64,000 nt of DNA from IMG/VR virus record IMGVR_UViG_3300042474_001633, positions 32,001 to 96,000 of that record, one strand, 5' to 3'. The DNA comes from a virus. This document shows positions 29,348 through 39,200 of this stretch, in pieces. The position numbers and the translations under genes were made by a program. The notes under the pieces were generated by a model, which was not told where the DNA came from, did no database searches, and saw only the letters and a list, made by a program, of their open reading frames with translations. How positions within the stretch are numbered: the stretch's first letter is position 1; each line of letters begins with the position of its first letter.

Positions 29348-31636
29348 ATGGCTTGGAACTCAACCAATAACAAATCTGCTTCATCGTCAGGGCAAAAGTC
29401 CGCTATTGGACCTGGCGCCCCAGTTGCATACAACACCGGTCTTCAAGGTAAACCCTATAGGGACTCTTGGGATATCGAACGTGCATACAGAGAGGGAATG
29501 CAGAAGGTCACATGGGTTAATAGGTGTATTGACGCAATAGCAGGGAACCAAGCAAGACTTCCAGCAATACTCCGCGAAGACAATTCTCCAGACGGAAAAA
29601 TTGTAACAAATAACAGAGACCATAAAATTCTCAATTTGCTAAACACTAAAGCAAATATTGGCGAAAACTCTTTTGTATTCAGATACAGGCTTTCTTCTCA
29701 GCTACTCATGTCAACCAGGGGTGCATTTATTGAGAAGGTTAGAGGGAGAAATGGTGGAGTCATAGCGCTACACCTTCTTCCACCGCAACACACATCCCCA
29801 ATTCCAGATGCAAAAAATTTCATTGCAGGTTTTGAAGTGGACATGCGGAACGGCACTAAAGCAATTCTAAAACCGCAAGATGTCATATGGATTCGCAAGC
29901 CTCACCCCCTAGACCCATATCTGTCACTGACTCCACTTGAATCAGCTGGTGTCGCTATTGAAATAGAAAATCTTTCAAAAATTTATAACAGGAATTTCCT
30001 GCTCAACGACGGCAGGCCGGGTGGTTTGCTTGTTGTGCGAGGGGAAATAGATGACGACGACAAAGATGAATTGCGTAGTCGTTTCCGTGGAAATATAAAT
30101 CGCGCCGGTGCAGTGACTGTCGTCTCATCAGACGAAGGTGTCGACTATGTGGATACTGGCTCAAATCCTCGTGACGCCAACTACATCCAGATGCGACAAA
30201 TCACCAAAGAAGAAATTCTTGCTTCCTTCGGAGTTCCAGAGTCAGTCATCGGCAATGCATCAGGAAGAACCTTCAGTAATGCCGCAGAAGAGCATCGAGT
30301 GTTTTGGAATGAAACAATGCTGCCGCACATGGAGCTGATTGGGCGCGGCCTAGATGAGCTAGATGATGAGTACTACATTGACTTTGACACTTCGGAAGTT
30401 CCAATTCTTGTTCTTTACAAGCAAGAAAGAGAACGTTATTTGCTTGATGAATTTCAGAACGGTCTCATTAGTGGAAATGAATACAGAAGAGAAACGGGTC
30501 GAAAGAAAATTGATTCCGACCTAATGCAAGCAATGCTTGCCAATCCAAACCTCACGCCGATTGGATACACCGATAAGAAGTTTGATTCAACACAACAGGC
30601 AGCACAAATGGCGGCTGCGGGTGGCGCGCAGCCGGGAATGCCCGGTGTTGCGGCGGCAGGAATGGTTCCAGATGGACAACCACCAGCACCCGGACAAGAA
30701 CCCACAGGGCAACCAGAACAGCCGGCTGCGCCAGGTGAGATACCTGCTCAATTAGTTAATTTTAATGAAAAACCGAGCACCATGACTGAAGCGCTTGCCG
30801 CAGAAGGACAGGGGCAGCAGCAACCAGTGATGGCTTCGCCGACCGCACTATCAGCGTTTGATAACGGAATGCAGTTCAAGTCTGCCAATAAAGAACTTTC
30901 TGAGTGGGAGCAAAAAGCCGTTGAAAACGCGGACCGATGGGTTGAAATTCTTGATAGAAATGTTGAAAGATTCATGGAGCGACAGCAGCGTGTCGTGATG
31001 GAAAAAGCTTCTGGAGCAAAATCAAAAAAACTAATCACCTCTGGCACCTTGACTGTAGAAAACATCTTTGATGAGCAGGTCTGGAATAAGCAGCTTGAAG
31101 AAGATGTAAAGCCAGTTATCGCAGGTATTTCTGCTGATGCCACGCGATTGGTGAGCGAACAAGCAGGAATGCCCGCGGACGAAAACTCAGAAGAAATGCA
31201 ACAAGATATCGAATCGCAGATGGAGCGAATGAAGAAAATAAATTCAACAACCAAAGATGAAATAGCTTCAGCAATTCTTATCGCTCTTGCTCTTGCAGAT
31301 GACGAGGATAGGGTTGGAATGTTGAAAGCAGCCTTGCTCGCAATATTCATGAACCTGCTTTCGAAGCGCCGCAGGATAATCGCGGAACATGAGTCCCAAA
31401 CTGCCTATAACTCTGGCGTTTATCATGCTGCCAAAGGGATAGGCGCATCGACGAAGACCTGGATTGCAAATAAGGATGCTCAGGTCAGGCCGGAACATAG
31501 ATTGCTCGACGGAAATACAACATCGATTGATTCGGCGTTTAGTGTTTCAGGCAAGGACATTAGATTCCCAGGAGACCCACTGGCTCCGCCGCACCTAACA
31601 ATTAACTGCAGGTGCAGACTGTCGTTCTCAATCTGA
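29348..31636 (+). CDS. HK97-type portal protein fused to a MuF (head morphogenesis) domain
   Basis: WVNRCIDAIA, NFLLNDGRPGG, ILASFGVP. C-terminal KTW...VRPEH...FPGDP...INCRC. Confidence 0.9.
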   Translation: MAWNSTNNKSASSSGQKSAIGPGAPVAYNTGLQGKPYRDSWDIERAYREGMQKVTWVNRCIDAIAGNQARLPAILREDNSPDGKIVTNNRDHKILNLLNTKANIGENSFVFRYRLSSQLLMSTRGAFIEKVRGRNGGVIALHLLPPQHTSPIPDAKNFIAGFEVDMRNGTKAILKPQDVIWIRKPHPLDPYLSLTPLESAGVAIEIENLSKIYNRNFLLNDGRPGGLLVVRGEIDDDDKDELRSRFRGNINRAGAVTVVSSDEGVDYVDTGSNPRDANYIQMRQITKEEILASFGVPESVIGNASGRTFSNAAEEHRVFWNETMLPHMELIGRGLDELDDEYYIDFDTSEVPILVLYKQERERYLLDEFQNGLISGNEYRRETGRKKIDSDLMQAMLANPNLTPIGYTDKKFDSTQQAAQMAAAGGAQPGMPGVAAAGMVPDGQPPAPGQEPTGQPEQPAAPGEIPAQLVNFNEKPSTMTEALAAEGQGQQQPVMASPTALSAFDNGMQFKSANKELSEWEQKAVENADRWVEILDRNVERFMERQQRVVMEKASGAKSKKLITSGTLTVENIFDEQVWNKQLEEDVKPVIAGISADATRLVSEQAGMPADENSEEMQQDIESQMERMKKINSTTKDEIASAILIALALADDEDRVGMLKAALLAIFMNLLSKRRRIIAEHESQTAYNSGVYHAAKGIGASTKTWIANKDAQVRPEHRLLDGNTTSIDSAFSVSGKDIRFPGDPLAPPHLTINCRCRLSFSI

Positions 31637-31720
31637 CTTTACTAAAACTCGAGAATAGTTTCGCCAGAACTGTCTCATAATTGTTTATCATTGGATAAAC
31701 ACTATGGAAAGCGCCACAAC

Positions 31721-34336
31721 ATGAGCAATATTGCCAATGACTTTACTGAAACTCAATACAAAGCGATTCCTGGGCAAATCAACACGATTGAATCAAAGGG
31801 AATAGTTGAGTGTTTTGTTGCGGGCATTGGCAATAAGGACAGCGTAGGGGACATATGCCTACCTGGTTGCTTCAATGGCTCTCTTGGACGACGCAAGCCT
31901 CGCGTTGTATGGGGCCACAACTGGAACGAACCAATTGGAAAAGTTCTTGAAATTTACGAAGTTGGACCAAACGACCCACGTCTTCCAGCGAAGATGAAAG
32001 CCAATGGTATTGGTGGTTTGTTTGCCAAAGTACAGTTCAACCTTGCTTCAGAGCGTGGTCGCGAAGCATTTGCAAACGTAAAATTTTTTGGTGAAGAGCA
32101 AGAGTGGTCAATTGGCTACAAGACTTTGGACGCAGTATTCGACACAACAAAGCAAGCCAACATGCTCAAAGAAGTTGAACTATACGAAGTCAGCCCTGTA
32201 TTGCATGGAGCAAATCAGCTCACAGGAACAATTTCAATCAAGTCAGATAAGCAAAACGAAGAAGTCAAGGGCGGACCTTGTTGGGATGGCTACAAGCAAG
32301 TTGGGATGAAGAGGGGCAAGAATGGAAATATGGTTCCAAACTGTGTTCCCATTGAGGAAAAAGGAGAAAAGCTCAGGGACCCAAAGGGCGGCCTTACTGC
32401 TGCTGGTCGCGCACACTTCAAGCGCACGGAAGGGGCAAATCTGAAGCCAGGAGTTAAGGGAGCAGCAAATACGCCAGAAAAAATGCGCAGAAAAGGTTCT
32501 TTCCTAACTCGCTTCTTCACTAATCCATCTGGACCAATGAAGGATGAAAAGGGTCGCCCAACACGCCTTGCGCTTTCTGCAGCCGCATGGGGTGAGCCGG
32601 TGCCACAGGATACTTCTGATGCAGCAAAACTCGCAGCGAAAGGACGTCGCATGCTTGAGCGTTATGAGAATTCAAAGAAGAAGTCGAGTGAGGTTGAGAT
32701 TGAAGAAAAAAATATTTCAATCTATTCCATCGCGAACCCATCCGAAAATCCAACAATGGGAAGAATGGGTTCAATCGCAAAGGCAATTTCAACTCACTTT
32801 GGTGGTGAAGTCGCTGTCCGCGAAGCAGACAGCAACAACGTCGTGTTTGACCTCATGAAAGACGGAATGGTTGAGACAATGCGCGCTGCGTACCACACAC
32901 AAAATGAGTCAGATTTTATGTTTGGCCCAGCCCAAAAGGTTAGAGTCGAAACGATTTATCTTCCAGTTGATTCAAACGGAGAAACATCCGGAGCACCAAT
33001 ACCAAAAAGCCCGAACATGCTCGCCGCGCCAAAGCCGGGAGGGTGCGGATGTGGCGGAGCGTGCGGTGGAAAGTCTGACCCATTTTCAAGTTGGGAAGAG
33101 TTCAAGAACGACAACCCGGGTGTCCATCTTTTCATCAAGACAGAAAACATGGAGATGTACGAAGTAGCGAACAACGTTTCCGAGTATCACGGTTTTGACA
33201 TTGAGCTACTCGCCGATGGATTTGTTGTTCCAAACATCGATTGGTATGAAAAAGACGCGCGAGATGCTGTGATAACAGCAATTGAGAACGTTGAACAAAA
33301 GGCCATTGCAAGAGCCGCGCGCAGCGCTCGTGGTGTTGGTCGTTCGGCAAGAAGAATGGTTAATCCATCAGAGTTCGATGGAGATGGTGACGGATTCAGA
33401 ACTGGGCGCGATGGCAGGGACAATGTTCCATACAAGAAGCCAAAGGCACCAAAGATGATGCCACCACGAACCGTTCCTCAAGAAATTCCAGAACGAGAAG
33501 AAAAACCACTTAGAATCCCTAAGCCAAACGAAATCCCTCGGCCGGCACCAGCACCACAGCCGGCTCCCGCACCAGCTCCCGCTCCGTCGGTCCCACAGAG
33601 AGTTCCGGAAAGACCCGGAATTCCCGCAACCATTACGGGTCGCACAAGAGGAGCTTCTGCCCTGAGGGCCGGAAAACTGGATTCCGCTATTTACAAGGAA
33701 AGAATGGCTGGAGCCTCCCTTGAGGATGTAGCAAAAAAATACGGTGTTGAAAGAATTGACGTTCGTCGAGCCGAACAGCGCCATATGCAAAAAATGAGGG
33801 CCGCAAAACAGAAACGTTCATCAATCCTGCAACAACTAAGAGACATGCAGGACGACCCGAGCATGCCTTCTGGTGTGCCGGAGAGGGCTAAAGAACGAGC
33901 CATATCCATGATTGCAGAGCAAAACAGTATGACGCCTGCTGGCGTTCGCAGGGCCATCAGAAGAGAGCTCGCTGCAGAAAGAATGACTCAAGCAGCAAAT
34001 CAAATGAGAGGCAGAAGAAAGTCTCTTTCCTCTGTCTATGTTTCGGTGTCTGAAGGTAACGACATATCCGTTAAAACTGCCCTGCAAAGCACGGTTGACG
34101 ACTCGGTACTTATCAAGGTTGAGCCCCAATTCGTATCGCAAGTAAAACAAGCGGTTGACACTGTTGCCGAATACCACGGCGTGCGTATTTCTCGTGCCGA
34201 AAATGGAATTAACGTATTCGGAGCGCATGAATTGAATGACGACTCGATTGAGGCTATTTCTCGCGCGATATATGCGTCGTATGTGGATAGCAATATTGAA
34301 GACATCGAAATGGACAGAATTTTCTCGAAGAGATAA
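31721..34336 (+). CDS. HK97-type prohead protease with a long multidomain C-terminal extension
   Basis: GNKDSVGD, WGHNW..PIGK, EWSIGY, LYEVSPVLHGAN in the first ~175 aa. Then small basic modules, a Pro-rich linker and an HTH. Confidence 0.9.
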   Translation: MSNIANDFTETQYKAIPGQINTIESKGIVECFVAGIGNKDSVGDICLPGCFNGSLGRRKPRVVWGHNWNEPIGKVLEIYEVGPNDPRLPAKMKANGIGGLFAKVQFNLASERGREAFANVKFFGEEQEWSIGYKTLDAVFDTTKQANMLKEVELYEVSPVLHGANQLTGTISIKSDKQNEEVKGGPCWDGYKQVGMKRGKNGNMVPNCVPIEEKGEKLRDPKGGLTAAGRAHFKRTEGANLKPGVKGAANTPEKMRRKGSFLTRFFTNPSGPMKDEKGRPTRLALSAAAWGEPVPQDTSDAAKLAAKGRRMLERYENSKKKSSEVEIEEKNISIYSIANPSENPTMGRMGSIAKAISTHFGGEVAVREADSNNVVFDLMKDGMVETMRAAYHTQNESDFMFGPAQKVRVETIYLPVDSNGETSGAPIPKSPNMLAAPKPGGCGCGGACGGKSDPFSSWEEFKNDNPGVHLFIKTENMEMYEVANNVSEYHGFDIELLADGFVVPNIDWYEKDARDAVITAIENVEQKAIARAARSARGVGRSARRMVNPSEFDGDGDGFRTGRDGRDNVPYKKPKAPKMMPPRTVPQEIPEREEKPLRIPKPNEIPRPAPAPQPAPAPAPAPSVPQRVPERPGIPATITGRTRGASALRAGKLDSAIYKERMAGASLEDVAKKYGVERIDVRRAEQRHMQKMRAAKQKRSSILQQLRDMQDDPSMPSGVPERAKERAISMIAEQNSMTPAGVRRAIRRELAAERMTQAANQMRGRRKSLSSVYVSVSEGNDISVKTALQSTVDDSVLIKVEPQFVSQVKQAVDTVAEYHGVRISRAENGINVFGAHELNDDSIEAISRAIYASYVDSNIEDIEMDRIFSKR

Positions 34337-34339
34337 TTC

Positions 34340-34711
34340 ATGGCTTCAGATTTTTTAAGTCACCTTGCTCGATTGCGCGACAGCGCCATAGTGAATCACG
34401 ACATGAAGTCTGTCAATAAATATAATGATGCAATCGACGACTTTTTGGAACTTAGCAAAAAACAAGAAAATTCGATTGCTCCTCGAACGGCAAAAAAGAA
34501 GTCATCGCGCTTCACTGTTAGCAAGCGGAGACCAAACGTCAGCCGTGAATCCTCTTCTATGGGTTATGCTAAACCTATACATAATCAACGGATTTTAAGT
34601 AAATACAACTGCATGGTTACCGGAGAAAAGCGCATGAATCCATGCGCTGGCTGTAGTAACGTACAAGGTTGTATTTCCAATTCAATGCAGTACAAGGAGC
34701 ACCAAGCATGA
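34340..34711 (+). CDS. Hypothetical protein with a C-terminal Cys cluster
   Basis: YNC...PCAGC...GC; 123 aa. Confidence 0.6.
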   Translation: MASDFLSHLARLRDSAIVNHDMKSVNKYNDAIDDFLELSKKQENSIAPRTAKKKSSRFTVSKRRPNVSRESSSMGYAKPIHNQRILSKYNCMVTGEKRMNPCAGCSNVQGCISNSMQYKEHQA

Positions 34712-36213
34712 GCGAAAAAGCAGCAGTCGTAAAGTTGAATGCTGACGGCGAAGTTGTTAGTTGCGCCAAAGGCCTCGGCTCGGATGAGTGTGGATACACG
34801 CCAGGCGCAAAAGTTTGTGGAAAGTGCGGAGCAATGGCTGTCTCTGTAAAGAAGAAAGAAGATGTTGACGTTAAGGCCGCCAAGAAAAACATGCTAAACA
34901 TGGCCGCAATGGATTCTGACCTGGATGAAGAAATGTCCATGGAAGATGAAGAAAAAGATGACGACATGGAAGACATGGAGCTCGTTGATGACGAAGAGGA
35001 CATGGATGAAGAGGACATGGACGACGAAGACGACGAAGACATGGCCGCAGATGACGACGAAGAAGACGAAGACATGGAAGACCTTGACGGCAAAATGTAT
35101 GATGATGAATCAGTAGACGAAATGTTCGTCCGTCGTTCTGCGCCAAAGAAGAAAAAGAAAGGCGCCATGATGATGGGGCCAGACGCTGAAGTAGAACTAG
35201 ACGAAGACGAAAAAGACATGGATGGCATGTACTCAGATGAATCTTCAGTTCGCAAAAAGATGCGCAGACGCAGACTCGGAACAATGGGGTACAAGTCAGC
35301 AGATTTTGACGACAACGCATTCGTTTGTGGATTCGACCGCAAGGTCTACCCAGGCGGCGCAAATGTTTGCGATAGCTGCCCAGGCGGTTGTGTTTCCGAA
35401 AAGGGAATGCCAGCCCTGATTGAAATTGAAGGCATGGCAGAAGACATGTTTAGAGGCAAGGTTCTCGATTCTGGATATTCAGATGAAGCAGACCTGTTTA
35501 TAGTTGATGTTGAGAGAAAAGACGGAAAGCCAGTCGAGGTGTTCTTCGATGGTTCAACCGGCGAAGTCATGGGCTGGCACATGCTCACTCAGGATGTCGT
35601 GCAGGTTAAGTCTGCGCTGCAAAACAAGGTGATGATTAGCTTTGGTGAAGCAGCAGATATTGCTGTTAAATCGGTTGAAGGTGACATCATTGCTGTTGAA
35701 CCAGATGTTTTTGAGGGATTTGATGTTTACGCAGTAGAAATCGAGGGCCTCAATGGCAAGTCGTATGACGTGTTTGTTGGGCTCGATGGTGAAGTGCTTG
35801 GATACGATGAGTATACGCAGGAAGAAGCTTCAGAGATTGAAGCCGAAGCGGCGGAAATTGCGCTGAAGCGTGCCTACTCGGAAGATTCGCGCACATCAAT
35901 GGCTCAAGCCGGGCAGGCACTTGCAGATGGTTCATTCCCAATCAAGGATGAAGCAGACTTGAAGAATGCAATCCAGGCTTACGGTCGCGCAAAAGACAAG
36001 ACAGCAGCAAAAGCTCATATCATGAAGAGAGCTGTTGACCTTGGCATGGAAGAAATGATTCCTTTGAGCTGGGTCTCCAAGGAAGATATGGACAAAGCCA
36101 AAAAGGACTACGCTGCTGAAGAGAAGTCAGAAGTGACGGATTTCTTGTCAAACTTGATGGAATTCGAAATGCTTTCCATCGAAGAGGAAATCAACGAACC
36201 AAAACCTGAATAG
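34708..36213 (+). CDS. Acidic scaffold-like protein with Cys clusters, two PepSY-like repeats and a C-terminal DUF6582-like domain
   Basis: D/E/M tract at ~34915-35115. ISFGEAADIAVKSVEGDIIAVE...YAVEI...DVFVGLDGEVL. ALADGSFPIKDEADLKNAIQAYGRA. Confidence 0.7.
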   Translation: MSEKAAVVKLNADGEVVSCAKGLGSDECGYTPGAKVCGKCGAMAVSVKKKEDVDVKAAKKNMLNMAAMDSDLDEEMSMEDEEKDDDMEDMELVDDEEDMDEEDMDDEDDEDMAADDDEEDEDMEDLDGKMYDDESVDEMFVRRSAPKKKKKGAMMMGPDAEVELDEDEKDMDGMYSDESSVRKKMRRRRLGTMGYKSADFDDNAFVCGFDRKVYPGGANVCDSCPGGCVSEKGMPALIEIEGMAEDMFRGKVLDSGYSDEADLFIVDVERKDGKPVEVFFDGSTGEVMGWHMLTQDVVQVKSALQNKVMISFGEAADIAVKSVEGDIIAVEPDVFEGFDVYAVEIEGLNGKSYDVFVGLDGEVLGYDEYTQEEASEIEAEAAEIALKRAYSEDSRTSMAQAGQALADGSFPIKDEADLKNAIQAYGRAKDKTAAKAHIMKRAVDLGMEEMIPLSWVSKEDMDKAKKDYAAEEKSEVTDFLSNLMEFEMLSIEEEINEPKPE

Positions 36214-36283
36214 GCTAATATGGTTGTTGTTCCATAACTTCGTTAGGTGATTGCGGTATCTGTTTGCCGCCTAGGAGCAACAA

Positions 36284-39200
36284 GTGGCTAATTCATATTC
36301 CAATTTCGCAGAACGCAGGATAAACAACCTGTCCAAGAATGGCGAATTAGAAATAGGTTTCATTCCCAAAATAGAGACCAAGGCCGAAAAACCAGAAGTA
36401 AATAAGCCTCCAGTAAAATATTCAAACCCGTATGAAGAATACATAAAGACATGGGAGCCGGGGGACGTAATACCGCTTGTTCCACCAGGCAAGAGAATGC
36501 ATTTTTGCACTTTCAACCCAAATATGCTGGATACAGATTCAACATTTTTTAGGTCAACACACAAACATTCCTCTCCGACGAAATTTAAATCGGGTGAACT
36601 GAATGACATCGAGTACAAGGTCCTTGGAAGGAAACTAAAGGACAGCCTTGACTCGCTACTGCGAAGAGCAGCCAAAACAAGAGGCTTATGGGTTGACGAT
36701 AAAAACAAGCTTCGCTGCCCTCCGGGAACACCAGCTGCAAACCAATTTACAGACATAACTGGCTCTAACTGCTTCATACCGTCACCAAGAACTGCCGCAC
36801 AAAGTGGAGCTCGTGCAGTGCGTAGAGCAACAGCTGGCGCAACCCAGATGTCAACCCAGGTTGGCGGAAGAGTTGCTAGTGGATTCGATGCAGCTAGAGC
36901 AAACGCTGAACAAATTAGAGAACTTGGTTTTGAAAGAGTTCAAGAAGCAATGGGGTACGGTGGCAGAATTGCGCCCACTCCACAAATGGTTAGCGATACA
37001 GTCTCGGGAGCCATGAGGGCTACGAGGTTTGGTCTCATACCAAACCCTTCAGCGAGAACTGGAGGCAAGCAGCGTGGAGCACCGAAGGGCGTCGGCAACA
37101 ATGTGTGGCAGCTTGGATTAAAAGAACAAGTCTGGAGAGGCAGAAGAGCCACCGAACTTGCTCGCTCCACAAGGGATAGATTTAATAACCCAAACCGACC
37201 AGACGGACTAAGACTCCCACCGAGTCAGAACTTCCCGGCCGGTAGACCAATCGGCGACATAAGCCAAAAGGCTCAATTCGTTTCCGCAATGGCCGAACTA
37301 TTTCCAAACGTTCCACAAGCAGAAATAGAAGAAATGTTTGACCAAGCAATTCCAATGAGCTTGAGCAGGATGGAAAGGTCAAAACTGAAGGCATCTTTGA
37401 TTCAATACTGGTACTCCTGGATGGAAAATGCAATTGCAAATCCAGAGCAGGCAAAATGGGTTACCTCTTTCGCGATAGATACGGAAATGGGGTCAGCGTT
37501 CGAAGTTAGATTTGATGCATTTGCTCCCTCGCCTTCAACGGGAGGAAGAAGAATTAGCCAAGCAGCATCAAACGCGGCTCAGGGAAGAACCGCAGAACAG
37601 GGTGGACTTCAGTTCTCCCTTGTTATGAATCCATGGGAAATGTGGTCACAGGTAAATCGCTCGGGCTTTGACAGAAATGGTCGAGCAAATGGAGTCGCTG
37701 ATTCTGTTGAGGGTGACATGCACTATTTGGCCAACCATGAGTGGGGCCACGTTGCGCACTTCTCGAGTGTTATGGAGACACTTGGATTCCAAACGCAAAA
37801 TCTTCAGAGATATCCGCTTGCACAAACACTCGTAAAACCACAGCAGGGTGGTCCCCAGTGGCAAAGACAGAAACAAGTCAATGCATGGATGATTGACTTT
37901 AGGCAAGCTGCGAATCCAACAGGAAACAGAAGTATTCAGCTGTTAATCGACTCAGCAAACAATCTAAGCAGAAGGCAATATATTCGCTCTGGAAGTTGGG
38001 GAGGTTCGACCGGGTACACAAGGCAAGACCTGGAGACCGATTTAAACAATTTTCATAATGCGCTAGCTGAGGCAATTGAAAACAACATCACCGATGATGC
38101 TGACGACCAGGAGTTGATGAGACAGTTTTCTGGTGGTGTTTATGCGGCAACATCAAACATAGAAGCCCGCGCAGAGTTCTTCGCATCCCGAAGATTGTTT
38201 GGAGACCCGGTACTAACAGGTGGGCAAACAGGAATCCCATCCACGGTTGATGAGTTCGCGCGAACAATGGCTTCAGCCCAGGGAGCCACACGGACGCAGG
38301 CACAATACCGTTCCCAGATGGACGACATTGGACAGAATGTTTTTAGTGTTCCTGGAAACGCATGGAATATTAGTGGTCGCATGGCTGGTTCTGGATTGCC
38401 ACAACAAAGGCCAACACTTAAAACACAGGCCGTCAGAAGAGCTGTAGACCAAAACTATCCACGAAGCAATAGAAATAGGAGTTCCTCGGCTATTACTGGA
38501 GCAATGAGGTCATCCTCATTACAGCAGAGAACCACTTCTTCTCGTGACTGGAAAAATCAAGACACGATAAGTTCAATAAACACAAACAGGCCATTCACCG
38601 AAGAGCGTCAATCGCTGCCGGGAATGCTGCAATCAGCATTGGGAACTCAGCAATCATCTACACCAATCGTTGGAAGGATGTCCCCGCTGGTGCCAACAAC
38701 GGTCACGGGTGTTAGGAATCGTTTCGATGGCAGCAGGTCTGGTGATGTCGACATCAAGGTCCACGAAATAAACGGCGAAAAAATAGTATTTGATAATCCC
38801 GACGCAATATCAATCGATGACTCATCAATAAAAATTATTCCTAAAAACCCATTTGAGATAACCGGAAAATCCAGAACCAGTAAGGAAGGTCGCGAATATT
38901 CAGAGAAGTGGCTCAATGCCCATCTAGGCAAAGGAGACATGGATTCGAATGATGTCGACGCCCTTCTGTATCGAGCATCACGCGGTGACACGGAGGCAGC
39001 AAAGGAATTCGATGGTTTAGCGGAAAAAGGAAGCAAGCGAGTCTCTGAAGCAGAAGGAAAATTGTATGAACCCATCGAACTTGATGAATACCAGGAAAGA
39101 ACAATAACCCGAGCTGGTCTTGAGGATTTGAGCCTAGATGACTTGTATGTTGTACATGAAACAAGTTACGAGCCAGAAATTGATGAAAATGGAGACATAA

